A stretch of 23,818 nt of DNA from Nitrospinaceae bacterium (GCA_046754465.1 JBHHVU010000049.1:1-23818); one strand, 5' to 3'. Shown: positions 1 to 9,853, numbered from the stretch's first letter. The notes: generated by a model from the letters alone, not told the origin. Made by a program: numbers and translations.

Positions 1-34
1 AAACTCGATTTAAATCAAAATTCTAGAAAAATAC

Positions 35-52
35 CTCTTACGCAAAGGTCTC
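35..52. mobile_element. Probable right terminal inverted repeat of a MITE-like element (rest lies upstream or outside the window)
   Basis: ctcttacgcaaaggtctc matches 14805-14822 ctcttacgcaaatgcctc at 16/18 positions. Its reverse complement gagacctttgcgtaagag resembles IS5-family-type ends. Confidence 0.5.
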
Positions 53-85
53 CTTCAGGAAGGGAGCTTTTTCCTCCACCCCCTA

Positions 86-196
86 CCGGGCGTGGCCCGG
101 CGGAGTGCCGCCGCTGGTAGTGTTGTCATACTTTATATGGCGAACGGAGGTTGACGGGTGATGGAGCTACGACCTATCCCCTTCCCCGGGCCGGGG
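86..196 (+). repeat. Intergenic modular repeat, copy A
   Basis: Hairpins ccggg/cccgg (86-100) and ggcgg-agtg-ccgcc (99-112); core gtcatactttatatggcgaac (125-145); 25-nt segment; then gacctatccccttccccgggccgggg (171-196). Homologous to 15629-15752. Confidence 0.85.
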
Positions 197-257
197 CGAA
201 AAGACTTGAAATCGTAAATTATTCCGGTCAAAATGATTTATTCCTACAACCGATTCA

Positions 258-1139
258 ATGACCGAGTGGACCATGTTAGCGTTTGCCAAAGACATCACCC
301 AGGACAACCCCCAGCATCGGGATGAAGCCAACAATCCGAAATTGAAGGAGTACATGGATTACCAGCGTAAGCTGAACCATGAAAAGCTGATCTACCATGC
401 CCTCGATCACGCGAAGACCTACTTGCAGAAAAACATCGAGGAATGCAAGGAGGACCCGCAAAAACTCGGTGCGTATCTGCAAAAGGCTTTTCCCGTCTCT
501 TTCCCCCTGGTGAAGGAGGCGGACACGTTTTTGCTCATGCTGCGCAAACTGATCAATGGTCATAACTCCACCAACAACTGGTACCGGATGAACCCTTATT
601 ATTTTGCCGTGGTGTATGACTGCATGGAGCGTTTCGTCCGCTTGTACAACCGTTTGCTCGGTGAAAAACCGGACGAAGCGGAGAAATACGGTGTTTCCGA
701 TGGGGTGGAGGTGGATTTCGACGATTGGGTGCAACTCTATTTTCATGACCTGGATTTCATGGTGGGGAAAGACTGCAAGTATGTCCATTATTTATTCAAC
801 CAGCGCAATGAGAAGATTCAGGAACTGATGGACGAGGAAATGAGGGCGGGGAAATCGCGGGAGGCGGCGGTGGATGAGGCCCGGAAAAAATTCGAGATGG
901 ATCCCGCCTCGGTCAATATTATTTTGGGGAAGACCGTTTCCTCCAAGGACCTGGAACTCTTTTACACCTCCGCCGAAAACCCGATTTATGAATTCCTTTA
1001 CGAGCCTGAGTCCACCGGGTTCATGGATGGGGAGACCTTGCTCGATCATTCCTATTTTCTGGGTCAGCAATTGAAGGGATTGAACGAGGAGGAGATCGAA
1101 TCGATCATGAACGAGGCCTCCCGGCTGAAGGATAACTGA
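258..1139 (+). CDS. Hypothetical cytoplasmic protein, acidic and Tyr-rich (start may be ATG at 273)
   Basis: 293-aa ORF with natural protein composition that fills the space before hflK. No family recognised. Confidence 0.8.
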   Translation: MTEWTMLAFAKDITQDNPQHRDEANNPKLKEYMDYQRKLNHEKLIYHALDHAKTYLQKNIEECKEDPQKLGAYLQKAFPVSFPLVKEADTFLLMLRKLINGHNSTNNWYRMNPYYFAVVYDCMERFVRLYNRLLGEKPDEAEKYGVSDGVEVDFDDWVQLYFHDLDFMVGKDCKYVHYLFNQRNEKIQELMDEEMRAGKSREAAVDEARKKFEMDPASVNIILGKTVSSKDLELFYTSAENPIYEFLYEPESTGFMDGETLLDHSYFLGQQLKGLNEEEIESIMNEASRLKDN

Positions 1140-1172
1140 ATCTTCCCCGCCGGACCGATTGGGCGTCGATTA

Positions 1173-1201
1173 TTGACATTGCCAAGCCAGTTTGTTAGCG
1201 T
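1173..1201 (+). promoter_or_regulatory. Sigma70-type promoter for hflKC
   Basis: TTGACA (1173-1178), 17-bp spacer, extended -10 TGn-TAGCGT (1193-1201), about 55 nt before the hflK ATG. Confidence 0.6.
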
Positions 1202-1255
1202 AGCGCCATTGTCCGCGCTTTTTATTTTTCAACCTTTTTCAACGTAACCCCTACC

Positions 1256-2302
1256 ATGGCCTGGGACGATCTACACGAATCAAAAGGCGGCGAAGAGCGA
1301 TTCCGGGGAGGCGGAGGGGGACCCTCCGGCGGGAAGCCCCCGTTCGAAATTCCCCAGCTCAAGATGCCGAAATTCAAGCCCTCGATGGTCGTGGGCATTC
1401 TCATCCTCCTGCTGATAATCTGGATTCTTCCCGGAACGTTTTATTTTGTCGAGCCGGATGAAGAAGGAGTGGTGACCACGTTCGGCGAGTTTTCCCGCAT
1501 CACCCAGCCGGGGCTGCATTTCAAGTTTCCCTCTCCCATCGAGCATGCGATGACGCCCAAGGTACGGAAAATTCGGCGGGCGGAGATCGGGTTTCGGGCC
1601 GGGCCGGGGGGACCAGTCCAGAAAGTCCCCGCGGAATCGCTGATGCTCACGGGGGATCAAAACATCATCGATATTCATTTGGTGGTGCAGTACCGGATCT
1701 CCGACGCAGTGGGATATCTGTTCAATGTCCGCCGGCCCAACAAGCTGGTGCGGGATGCGGCGGAGACGGTGATCCGGGGAATCATCGGCAACAAGAACAT
1801 CGACGAAGCCCTGACCACCGGGAAGGCGGAGGTGCAGATTTTGACCCAGGAACGGGTACAAGCCCTGCTGGATCGGTTCAAGGCGGGCATTCAGGTGACC
1901 ACCGTTCAGCTCCAGGACGTGAACCCGCCGGAGCAGGTGGCGGCCGCGTTCAAGGATGTCGTTAGCGCCCGGGAAGATAAGGAACGCATGATCAACGAGG
2001 CGCAGGGATACCGCAACGCGGTGATCCCCGAGGCCCGGGGCCGCGCCGCCCAAATCATCCGGCAGGCCGAGGGCTACCGGGAAGAGAAAATCAAGACGGC
2101 GGAGGGGGATGCAAAACGGTTTCTCTTGCAATTCCAAGAATACAAAAAGGCCCCGGATATCACCCGAAAACGCATTTACCTTGAAACCATGGAAGAAATT
2201 TTCCCCACGGTGCAAAAATATATTATGGGAGACCAACGCGGCGGGGTTTTGCCCATTCTTCCGTTGTCGAACAATCCGATTCTTCCGGATTCGAAAAAGT
2301 AA
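1256..2302 (+). CDS. hflK: FtsH protease modulator HflK (SPFH domain)
   Basis: N-terminal MAW...GGGGG, one TM helix, SPFH motifs ESLMLTGDQNIIDI and VQLQDVNPPEQVAAAFKDV, C-terminal EYKKAPDITRKRIYLETME; adjacent to hflC. Confidence 0.96.
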   Translation: MAWDDLHESKGGEERFRGGGGGPSGGKPPFEIPQLKMPKFKPSMVVGILILLLIIWILPGTFYFVEPDEEGVVTTFGEFSRITQPGLHFKFPSPIEHAMTPKVRKIRRAEIGFRAGPGGPVQKVPAESLMLTGDQNIIDIHLVVQYRISDAVGYLFNVRRPNKLVRDAAETVIRGIIGNKNIDEALTTGKAEVQILTQERVQALLDRFKAGIQVTTVQLQDVNPPEQVAAAFKDVVSAREDKERMINEAQGYRNAVIPEARGRAAQIIRQAEGYREEKIKTAEGDAKRFLLQFQEYKKAPDITRKRIYLETMEEIFPTVQKYIMGDQRGGVLPILPLSNNPILPDSKK

Positions 2303-2307
2303 GGCGT

Positions 2308-3159
2308 ATGAAACAAAATACCCTCATTGTCGTCGGGATTCTCGTCATCGTTCTGTTGTCCTCTTCCATGTTCACCATTCACATGACCCAGAGCGCCGTC
2401 GTCCTGGAACTTCAGAAACCCAAGGAGATCATCACCCAACCGGGACTGTATTTTAAGATTCCCTTTTTCCAGCAGGTCAAAATATTTTCCAACCAATTGC
2501 TGGACAACGATTCCCCTCCGGCGGAAGTCATCACCAAGGACAAGAAAAACCTGTTGATCGATAATTTTACGGTGTGGCGGATCGTGGACCCGCTGAAATT
2601 TTTGCAAACCGTTCGCAACGAGCGGGGCGCCACTTCCCGTCTGGACGATATCCTCTTTTCAGAGTTGCGAGTGGAGATCGGTACCCATAACCTGATCGAT
2701 ATTGTCACTGAAACCCGGGAATCCATCATGGAAAAGGTTTCGAATGCAGCGAACAAGAAGGCCGCTGAATTGGGTATCCAGGTGGTGGGGGTGCGGATCA
2801 AGCGAACCGATCTGCCTCCGGAAATTGCCAATTCCATTTTTAACCGGATGCGGACGGAACGGGAACGGATCGCCAAGGAATACCGTTCGGAAGGAAAAGA
2901 GGAAGCCATCAAAATCCGGGCGAAAACCAATAAGGAAAGGACAATCCTTATCGCGGAAGCCTATAAAAAAGAGCAGGAGGTCCGGGGAGAGGGTGATGCG
3001 GAATCCATTAAAATTTATGCCGAGGCGTTTCAGAAAAATCCTAGTTTTTACTCTTTCCTCCGCTCGATGGAAGCCTACAAAAAATCTCTGAAAACCGACA
3101 CCACCCTCCTCATGTCAGAGGATTCCGAATTTCTGGGATTCCTGAATAAGCCCCAATAA
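2308..3159 (+). CDS. hflC: FtsH protease modulator HflC
   Basis: PGLYFKIPF, EVITKDKKNLLIDNF, RMRTERERIAKEYRSEG, FYSFLRSMEAYKKS; directly follows hflK. Confidence 0.96.
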   Translation: MKQNTLIVVGILVIVLLSSSMFTIHMTQSAVVLELQKPKEIITQPGLYFKIPFFQQVKIFSNQLLDNDSPPAEVITKDKKNLLIDNFTVWRIVDPLKFLQTVRNERGATSRLDDILFSELRVEIGTHNLIDIVTETRESIMEKVSNAANKKAAELGIQVVGVRIKRTDLPPEIANSIFNRMRTERERIAKEYRSEGKEEAIKIRAKTNKERTILIAEAYKKEQEVRGEGDAESIKIYAEAFQKNPSFYSFLRSMEAYKKSLKTDTTLLMSEDSEFLGFLNKPQ

Positions 3160-3242
3160 GCCCGCCATGATCCGGGTATCCTAAACCTGAAGGACATGCC
3201 ATTGGGTCCAACCGTGAAACCGTTCATCCCCTTGAATTTATC

Positions 3243-4613
3243 ATGAGAATATTAATCGTGGGCGCCGGCGTCGTCGGCTTTAATCTGGCCCAGGAACTTT
3301 CCCAGGAAGGCCATGACATCGCCATTATCGACCGGAACGGGGAAAAGATAAAACGGATCGCCGATTCCCTGGATGTCCTGGCCATTGAGGGCAACGCCTG
3401 TCTTCCCAGCGTGCTGGTCCAGGCGGGGATCGAAACCATGGAAATGGTGATTGCCGTGACCGAAAGAGATGAAATCAATCTCATGGTCTGTTTTTTCGCC
3501 TTCAAATTCAAGGTGGGCAAGCGCATCGCCCGGTTGCGCCAGGAGGAATTTACCGGCAATGGGCAGGTCTTCGCCCCTTCCGAGCTTTTTATCGATCAGG
3601 CCATCAATCCGGGGCAGATCATCGTCGATACCGTGAGCAAAATCATAAGCACCCCCGGTGCGGTGAATGTAGCGGAATTCGCCCAGGGAGAAATTCTTCT
3701 GCGGGAGTTCGACGTTCCCGACAATGCCCCTTTGGCCGGGAAAACCATCGAAGAAATCGGCGGCGTCTCGGTGATGGATTCCTTTTTGGTGGTGGCCATC
3801 GCGCGGGAAGGGCAACTGATCATCCCAAGAGGAAACGACACGATTCAATCCGGAGACAAAATCTACACGGTTGTCGATAAGGAGTTTTTGCCGTTTCTTC
3901 TGCCCATGCTGAACAAAACCGTGGAAGAGGTGGAAAAGGTCATCATTTTTGGAGCCAATGGAGTCTCCATCAGCCTGGCCAAGGTTCTGGAGGAAAAAAT
4001 ACGCGATTTGTCCATCATCGAACCTTCCCGGGAAAAAGCCAACAAGGCGGCGGAGGTGCTGACCCGGTGCGTTGTCCAGCACGGCAGCGGCACCGACTTG
4101 AATTTGTTTAACGACATCAATATGGAGGAGGCGGATTATTTTCTTTCCCTATCGGATGACGATGAGGCCAACATCCTTTCCGCGCTTTTGGCCAAGAAAC
4201 ATGGGGCCAAAAGGGTCATGGTCATCACCAACGATCCGGAATATCTGCCCATCCTCGATTCCATTGGCATGGATGTCACGATCAACCCCAGGCTGATAAC
4301 CGTGAGCGCCATTCTCAAACATCTGCGTAAAGGCAGGGTGATGTCGGTTTTCAAATTGATCGAGGACGCGGAAGTGATGGAGATCGAGGTCGATTCCGAT
4401 TCCTCCATCGCCAACAAGAAAATCTCCAAACTGAATTTTCTCCAAAATGCCATGATCGGCGCCCTCCTCAGAAAAGGCGAGATGATGGTCCCCGATCCAG
4501 AGACCCAGATCCTGCCGGGGGACGTGGTCATCGTCGTTGCCCTGCCCCAGGCCATCGAAAAGATTGAAAAACTTTTCGGCCGGAAAAGGAAAATCCTGCC
4601 TTTCATGAAATGA
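3243..4613 (+). CDS. trkA: Trk K+ uptake system regulatory subunit TrkA (tandem RCK domains)
   Basis: MRILIVGAGVVG Rossmann start, 456 aa with duplicated RCK_N/RCK_C architecture, DDEANILSALLAK; ATGA overlap with trkH. Confidence 0.95.
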   Translation: MRILIVGAGVVGFNLAQELSQEGHDIAIIDRNGEKIKRIADSLDVLAIEGNACLPSVLVQAGIETMEMVIAVTERDEINLMVCFFAFKFKVGKRIARLRQEEFTGNGQVFAPSELFIDQAINPGQIIVDTVSKIISTPGAVNVAEFAQGEILLREFDVPDNAPLAGKTIEEIGGVSVMDSFLVVAIAREGQLIIPRGNDTIQSGDKIYTVVDKEFLPFLLPMLNKTVEEVEKVIIFGANGVSISLAKVLEEKIRDLSIIEPSREKANKAAEVLTRCVVQHGSGTDLNLFNDINMEEADYFLSLSDDDEANILSALLAKKHGAKRVMVITNDPEYLPILDSIGMDVTINPRLITVSAILKHLRKGRVMSVFKLIEDAEVMEIEVDSDSSIANKKISKLNFLQNAMIGALLRKGEMMVPDPETQILPGDVVIVVALPQAIEKIEKLFGRKRKILPFMK

Positions 4614-6082
4614 ACATCCAGGCCATTTTCAATGTGGTGGGCGCCTTGCTGGTCCTCCTCTCCGGGCTCCTGCTGGCTCCCCTGGGGATCGCCCTTTATT
4701 TTTCCACCCCGGCCGCCGACGGCTATTTCAGCGGAACGCAGGCGTTCTCCATCACCTTCGTGGCGGCCCTGGTTTCCGGCCTGATACTTTGGAAGCTTTT
4801 GCCCTCGGGGGTGGAGAAGTTGAGGGACCGCGAGGGATTCGTCATTGTCGCCATGTCCTGGCTCTTTATCTCCCTGTTCGGTTCCCTGCCCTATCTGCTG
4901 ACCGGGGTCTGCCCCCGGTTCGTGGACGCCTTCTTTGAAACCATGAGCGGTTTCACGACCACCGGGGCTTCGATATTAACCAATATCGAATCCGCGCCCC
5001 GGGAAATTCTGTTCTGGAGAAACCTGACCCAGTGGATCGGCGGGATGGGGATCATCATACTCTCGCTGGCCATTTTCCCGGCTCTGGGGATCGGCAGTTC
5101 CCGCCTGTTCAAGGCCGAGATTCCCGGCGGCGCCACGGTGGACCGGATGCAGCCCCGGCTCGCGGAGACCGCCAAGATTCTCTGGAAGACCTACATCATT
5201 CTGACCGGCCTGGAAATTATTTTCCTGCGTTTCGGCGGCGTCGATCTTTTCGATGCCGTGTGCCACACGTTTTCCACTGTGGCCACCGGGGGGTTTTCTC
5301 CCTACAACAGCAGTATCGGCTTTTTCGACGACCCTTATATCGAATCGGTCGTCATCCTTTTCATGTTTCTGGGAGGGATCAACTTCGCCCTGCATTACCA
5401 GTTGTTTTCAGGAAACGTCAAGGTCGTCTTCAAAAACCCGGAGTTTCGCTGGTACGGGTCCATGGTCCTCGCCTGTGTTTTGCTGGCTACCTGGGGACTG
5501 ATGGAAACTCCGGAAAAGACCGAGCCGGTTCACGCTTTCCGGAGCGCGGCGTTCAATGTCGTTTCCATAAATACCACCACGGGGTTTGTGACCGACGATT
5601 TCAACCGCTGGCCCGATTATCTCCGGGTTCTGATGTTGGGCATCATGATGGTGGGGGCCTGTTCCGGGTCCACCAGCGGGTCCTTGAAAATTGTCCGCAT
5701 GATCATCCTGTTCAAGATCATTTTTCGGGAGTTTCAGAAACTGGTTCATCCACGCGGAATATTTCATATCAAGGTGGGTGAAAAGACCCTGGCACCCGAC
5801 GACCTATCCAACGTGATGGCGCTGACCCTGCTATTTTTCGGATTTGCCTGTCTGAGTTGTCTCCTGCTATCCTTCATGGGAGTCGACCTGACGACCGCGT
5901 TTTCCGCCTCGGTGGCCACCCTGTTTAATATCGGGCCGGGCCTGGGAGGGGTGGGGCCGGCGGGAAATTACGCGGGCATACCCGCTTTGGGTAAAGTCAT
6001 CCTCACCGCCTGCATGCTGATGGGCCGGTTGGAAATTTTTGGGGTGGTGCTGGTTCTGCTGCCTAGGACCTGGCGCAAATGA
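4610..6082 (+). CDS. trkH: Trk K+ channel membrane subunit TrkH (paralog 1)
   Basis: Pore-loop motifs FETMSGFTTTGAS, FSTVATGGFS, SINTTTGF, NIGPG; QWIGGMGII; GSTSGSLK; MLMGRLE. Confidence 0.95.
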   Translation: MNIQAIFNVVGALLVLLSGLLLAPLGIALYFSTPAADGYFSGTQAFSITFVAALVSGLILWKLLPSGVEKLRDREGFVIVAMSWLFISLFGSLPYLLTGVCPRFVDAFFETMSGFTTTGASILTNIESAPREILFWRNLTQWIGGMGIIILSLAIFPALGIGSSRLFKAEIPGGATVDRMQPRLAETAKILWKTYIILTGLEIIFLRFGGVDLFDAVCHTFSTVATGGFSPYNSSIGFFDDPYIESVVILFMFLGGINFALHYQLFSGNVKVVFKNPEFRWYGSMVLACVLLATWGLMETPEKTEPVHAFRSAAFNVVSINTTTGFVTDDFNRWPDYLRVLMLGIMMVGACSGSTSGSLKIVRMIILFKIIFREFQKLVHPRGIFHIKVGEKTLAPDDLSNVMALTLLFFGFACLSCLLLSFMGVDLTTAFSASVATLFNIGPGLGGVGPAGNYAGIPALGKVILTACMLMGRLEIFGVVLVLLPRTWRK

Positions 6083-6181
6083 TATGAAACCGGAGGTGGA
6101 TTCTTCTTTCTCCCTTGACTTGCCCGGGATCTGGGAAAATCGTTATTCCGCCGTCTCCGGGCTCGTCATTCTCTATATCCA

Positions 6182-7654
6182 ATGAATCTTCAGGCTATTT
6201 TCAACGTTGTCGGAATATTGTTGGTCCTCCTTTCCGGACTTCTCCTGGCGCCGCTGGGTATTTCCCTGTATTACGGCACGCCATCCATTCCCGGTTACCT
6301 GGGCGTTCCGCAGGCGTTTGCGCTCACCCTGGCGGGCTCCCTTGTTTCCGGAATGTTTTTGTGGAGGCTTCTTCCATCGGGTATCGAAAAACTGAGGGAC
6401 CGTGAAGGGTTTGCCATTGTCGCCTTTTCATGGGTATTCGTTTCCCTGTTCGGGGCTCTGCCGTATTTATTGACCGGGGTTTGCCCCCGGTTTATCGACG
6501 CCTTGTTTGAAAGCATGAGTGGATTCACCACCACCGGCGCGTCGATTTTCACGGACGTGGAATCCCTCCCCGAGGCCATTCTTTTCTGGCGCAACATGAC
6601 GCAATGGATTGGTGGAATGGGGATCATCATGCTTTCACTGGCAATATTTCCCGTTCTGGGGATGGGCAGTTTTCGGTTATTCAAGGCGGAAATCCCCGGA
6701 GGCGCCACCGTCGACCGGGTCCAGCCCCGGCTGGCGGAAACGGCCAAGCTGCTCTGGAAAACCTATGTGCTTCTGACCTGCATGGAGGCTTTGCTCCTGC
6801 GGTTGGGCGGAATGAATTTATTCGACGCGGTCTGCCATTCCTTTTCAACGCTTTCCACCGGCGGCTTTTCCACCTATAACAACAGCATCGCCGCTTTCAA
6901 CAGCCTGTATATCGAGTCGGTCATCGTTCTATTCATGTTTCTTTCCGGGGTGAATTTCGCTTTACATTCTCAATTGGTCTCTAAAAATTTTAAAGGCGTG
7001 TTTAAAAATCCGGAATTGCGGTTCTATTTTTCAATGGTCGTGATCTGCGTGCTCCTCGCCACTTGGGAACTCATAAGGACCGCCACCGAAATCGAACCCA
7101 GCCAGGCGTTCCGGCATTCCCTTTTCACCATAGTTTCCATCAACACCACGACCGGGTTCGTGACGGAGGACTTCGAACGCTGGCCCAATTTTCTCCGGAT
7201 GCTGGTATTGGGAATCATGATGGTGGGAGGCTGTTCCGGGTCCACCAGCGGTTCCCTGAAAGCCATCCGTTATATCATCCTGTATAAAATCACCCTGCGG
7301 GAATTGTTGAAGCTGGTTCATCCACAGGCGATCTTTCATGTCAAGGTCGGGGAAAAAACCATTGGACCGGAAGATTTGACCAATGTGATCGCCTTGACCT
7401 TCATGTTCATGGGATTTACCGCCCTGAGTTATATTCTCCTATCCTTCATGGACGTGGATCTCACCGCCGCCGCATCGGCGTCCTTGGCGACTTTTTCAAA
7501 CACCGGGCCGGGATTGGGCCAGGTGGGCCCCACGGGAAATTACGCGGACATCCCCATGCTGGGGAAACTCGTGGTCATTGCCTGTATGCTCATGGGCCGG
7601 CTGGAAATCTACAGCATCGTCCTCCTGCTCCTGCCTTTAACCTGGCGCAAATAA
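6182..7654 (+). CDS. trkH: Trk K+ channel membrane subunit TrkH (paralog 2)
   Basis: Same motifs (FESMSGFTTTGAS, FSTLSTGGFS, SINTTTGF, NTGPG); colinear with paralog 1, both 490 aa. Confidence 0.95.
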   Translation: MNLQAIFNVVGILLVLLSGLLLAPLGISLYYGTPSIPGYLGVPQAFALTLAGSLVSGMFLWRLLPSGIEKLRDREGFAIVAFSWVFVSLFGALPYLLTGVCPRFIDALFESMSGFTTTGASIFTDVESLPEAILFWRNMTQWIGGMGIIMLSLAIFPVLGMGSFRLFKAEIPGGATVDRVQPRLAETAKLLWKTYVLLTCMEALLLRLGGMNLFDAVCHSFSTLSTGGFSTYNNSIAAFNSLYIESVIVLFMFLSGVNFALHSQLVSKNFKGVFKNPELRFYFSMVVICVLLATWELIRTATEIEPSQAFRHSLFTIVSINTTTGFVTEDFERWPNFLRMLVLGIMMVGGCSGSTSGSLKAIRYIILYKITLRELLKLVHPQAIFHVKVGEKTIGPEDLTNVIALTFMFMGFTALSYILLSFMDVDLTAAASASLATFSNTGPGLGQVGPTGNYADIPMLGKLVVIACMLMGRLEIYSIVLLLLPLTWRK

Positions 7655-7813
7655 CATTTGATTTTGCGGACCCAATAATTTAATATTCCATGATCCTGGC
7701 AGGGCTTCGTCCGTTTTCAAACGTTTGCGGAAACTTGGTCACCCGAACGGGGACGAGGTTTTTTGCCTTTGGTTAACAATCCGGATTCCCCTTGTGGAAT
7801 TTCAAATCATTCT

Positions 7814-7843
7814 TTGTGTCCCAAGAAGCTCGGGTGATAGAAT
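7814..7843 (+). promoter_or_regulatory. Candidate sigma70 promoter for the oad operon
   Basis: Extended -10 TGa-TAGAAT (7835-7843); weak -35 TTGTGT (7814-7819) at 18 bp. Confidence 0.5.
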
Positions 7844-8053
7844 GCCGAATCCTGACCGGCTGGAACCTTCGAACCGGCGCCCATTTCAGGCATGAGTGAC
7901 CATTTCACCCCCGGGACACCACCTTGGATCCCCATCACTTTTATGCATCAGTTGAAGGAAAACGATCATTAGACGGCGCGGACCGCCCCGGCCCGGCGAA
8001 ACCCGGACTGGCCCATGCCCCACCCCGGCTGATAAAACTAAGGATGCTTGAAC

Positions 8054-9853
8054 ATGGCAACAGATCCCCAGCCAATAAAAATCACTGACGTTATTTTGCG
8101 GGACGCGCATCAGTCTCTCCTGGCGACCCGCATGCGAACCGAGGACATGCTGCCCATCGCCGGGAAACTGGATCAGGTCGGCTTTTTTTCCCTGGAAATG
8201 TGGGGCGGAGCCACCTTCGACTCCTGCATCCGGTTCCTCAACGAGGACCCCTGGGACCGCGTCCGCCAACTCAAGAAACGAATTCCAAATACCTCCTTCC
8301 AGATGCTTCTGCGCGGGCAAAACTGCGTGGGCTACCGGCATTACGCCGATGATATCGTCGAGCGCTTCGTCAAGCATTCCGCCGACGTGGGGATCGATAT
8401 CTTCAGAGTCTTCGATGCCCTCAATGATTTCCGGAACATCAAGACCGCCGTCGATACCGTGAAAAAATGCGGAAAGATCGTCGAAGGGGCGATCAGTTAC
8501 ACCGTCAGCCCCGTGCACAACATTGACCTCTATGTCGAAATGGCCCGGCAACTGGAAGACATGGGTTCCGACATTCTCTGCATCAAGGATATGGCCGGCC
8601 TTCTGACCCCGTTTCGTACCCGGGAATTGATAACGGAAATCAAGAAAAACACCAAGCTCCCCGTCCACCTGCACACCCATGCCACCACCGGTTTGGTGGG
8701 GATGAACCTGCAGGCGGCCATCGACGCGGGGGTGGACATGATCGATACCGCCATTTCCAGCCTGGCGATGGGGACCTCCCACTACGCCACGGAATGCATC
8801 GTCGCCGCGCTCAAGGGGACCCCTCATGATACCGGCCTCGACCTCTCCCTGTTGGGGGAGATCGCCGATTATTTTACCGAGGTCCGGAATAAATATGCCC
8901 AGTTCGAAAGCGATTTCAAAGGCGTCGATGTCAATATTCTCGACTCGCAGATTCCAGGCGGGATGATCTCCAACATGGAAAACCAGCTCCGGGAACAGAA
9001 CGCGCTGGACAAACTGGACGAGGTTTTGAAAGAAGTGCCCCGCGTCCGCAAGGACATGGGCTATCCGCCCCTGGTGACGCCGACGAGCCAAATCGTGGGA
9101 TCCCAGGCTACCTTGAATGTCCTGACCGGCGAGCGCTATAAAATCATCACCAAGGAAACCCGCGAATGCGTTCTGGGGAAATACGGGAAACTCCCCGGTC
9201 CCCTGGACGACGACCTGTTGGGCAAGGTTTCGGAGAACAGGAAGGTCATCGATTGCCGGCCCGCCGACCTCCTGGAGCCGGAATGGGATCAGGTGGTCAA
9301 GGACTTGGGAGACAAGTACACCTCCGAAGAGGACCGACTATGCTATGCCCTGTTTCCCAAAGTGGCTTTGAAATTTTTTGAAACCCGCGGGAAACCGGTG
9401 GCGGATCCCGTGGCGCCGGCGAAAGCCGGGAAAAAAGCCGTACCCCCCACCGCCCCGGCAGTGCCCGCGCTGCAGACCCCGCCCGCGGCCCCGGCAGGAC
9501 ATGCCGTCTTCAACGTAAAAGTCAACGGAAGGGATTATCAGGTGGAGGTCGCGCTGACCGGCGGCGCCGCGGCACCGGCCGCCCCCGCCGTTGCTTCATC
9601 CCCTCCCCCGGCTTCCGCGCCGTCATCGGCGGGAAATGCCAAGGAAATCCTCAAGGCCCCCCTTCCCGGAACGGTTCTCAATATTAAATGCAATGTCGGC
9701 GACCCCGTCAACAAGGACGATTCCCTCATCGTGGTGGAGTCCATGAAAATGGAAACGGAAGTCAAGGCCCACTGCAGTGGCACCGTCCGGGAAATCCGGA
9801 TCAAGGAAGGGGATAGTGTCAAAACGGGCGATGATCTCCTCGTGATAGGATAA
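8054..9853 (+). CDS. oadA: Na+-translocating oxaloacetate decarboxylase alpha subunit (carboxyltransferase plus biotin carrier; PycB-like)
   Basis: [46 protein letters not shown]; Ala/Pro-rich linkers; biotinylation motif ESMKME. AAGGA SD at 8040-8044 favours ATG 8054. Next to beta and gamma subunit genes. Confidence 0.9.
   Translation: MATDPQPIKITDVILRDAHQSLLATRMRTEDMLPIAGKLDQVGFFSLEMWGGATFDSCIRFLNEDPWDRVRQLKKRIPNTSFQMLLRGQNCVGYRHYADDIVERFVKHSADVGIDIFRVFDALNDFRNIKTAVDTVKKCGKIVEGAISYTVSPVHNIDLYVEMARQLEDMGSDILCIKDMAGLLTPFRTRELITEIKKNTKLPVHLHTHATTGLVGMNLQAAIDAGVDMIDTAISSLAMGTSHYATECIVAALKGTPHDTGLDLSLLGEIADYFTEVRNKYAQFESDFKGVDVNILDSQIPGGMISNMENQLREQNALDKLDEVLKEVPRVRKDMGYPPLVTPTSQIVGSQATLNVLTGERYKIITKETRECVLGKYGKLPGPLDDDLLGKVSENRKVIDCRPADLLEPEWDQVVKDLGDKYTSEEDRLCYALFPKVALKFFETRGKPVADPVAPAKAGKKAVPPTAPAVPALQTPPAAPAGHAVFNVKVNGRDYQVEVALTGGAAAPAAPAVASSPPPASAPSSAGNAKEILKAPLPGTVLNIKCNVGDPVNKDDSLIVVESMKMETEVKAHCSGTVREIRIKEGDSVKTGDDLLVIG

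Noticed and set aside
121..145. dif/Xer site or integron attC
   Set aside because: CATA to TATG spacing is 5 nt rather than the 8 nt of dif; multiple copies; no consistent RYYYAAC/GTTRRRY ends; no integrase in the window.
5032..5781. 249-aa alternate-frame ORF inside trkH
   Set aside because: Arg/Pro/Gly-rich frame artefact of GC-rich codon usage.
5801..5809. gacctatcc match to the repeat module
   Set aside because: Inside trkH coding sequence with no flanking core or hairpin; chance match.
8054..9853. Soluble pyruvate carboxylase subunit B
   Set aside because: Homologous, but it is coupled to membrane beta and gamma subunit genes with no adjacent biotin carboxylase, so OadA is preferred.
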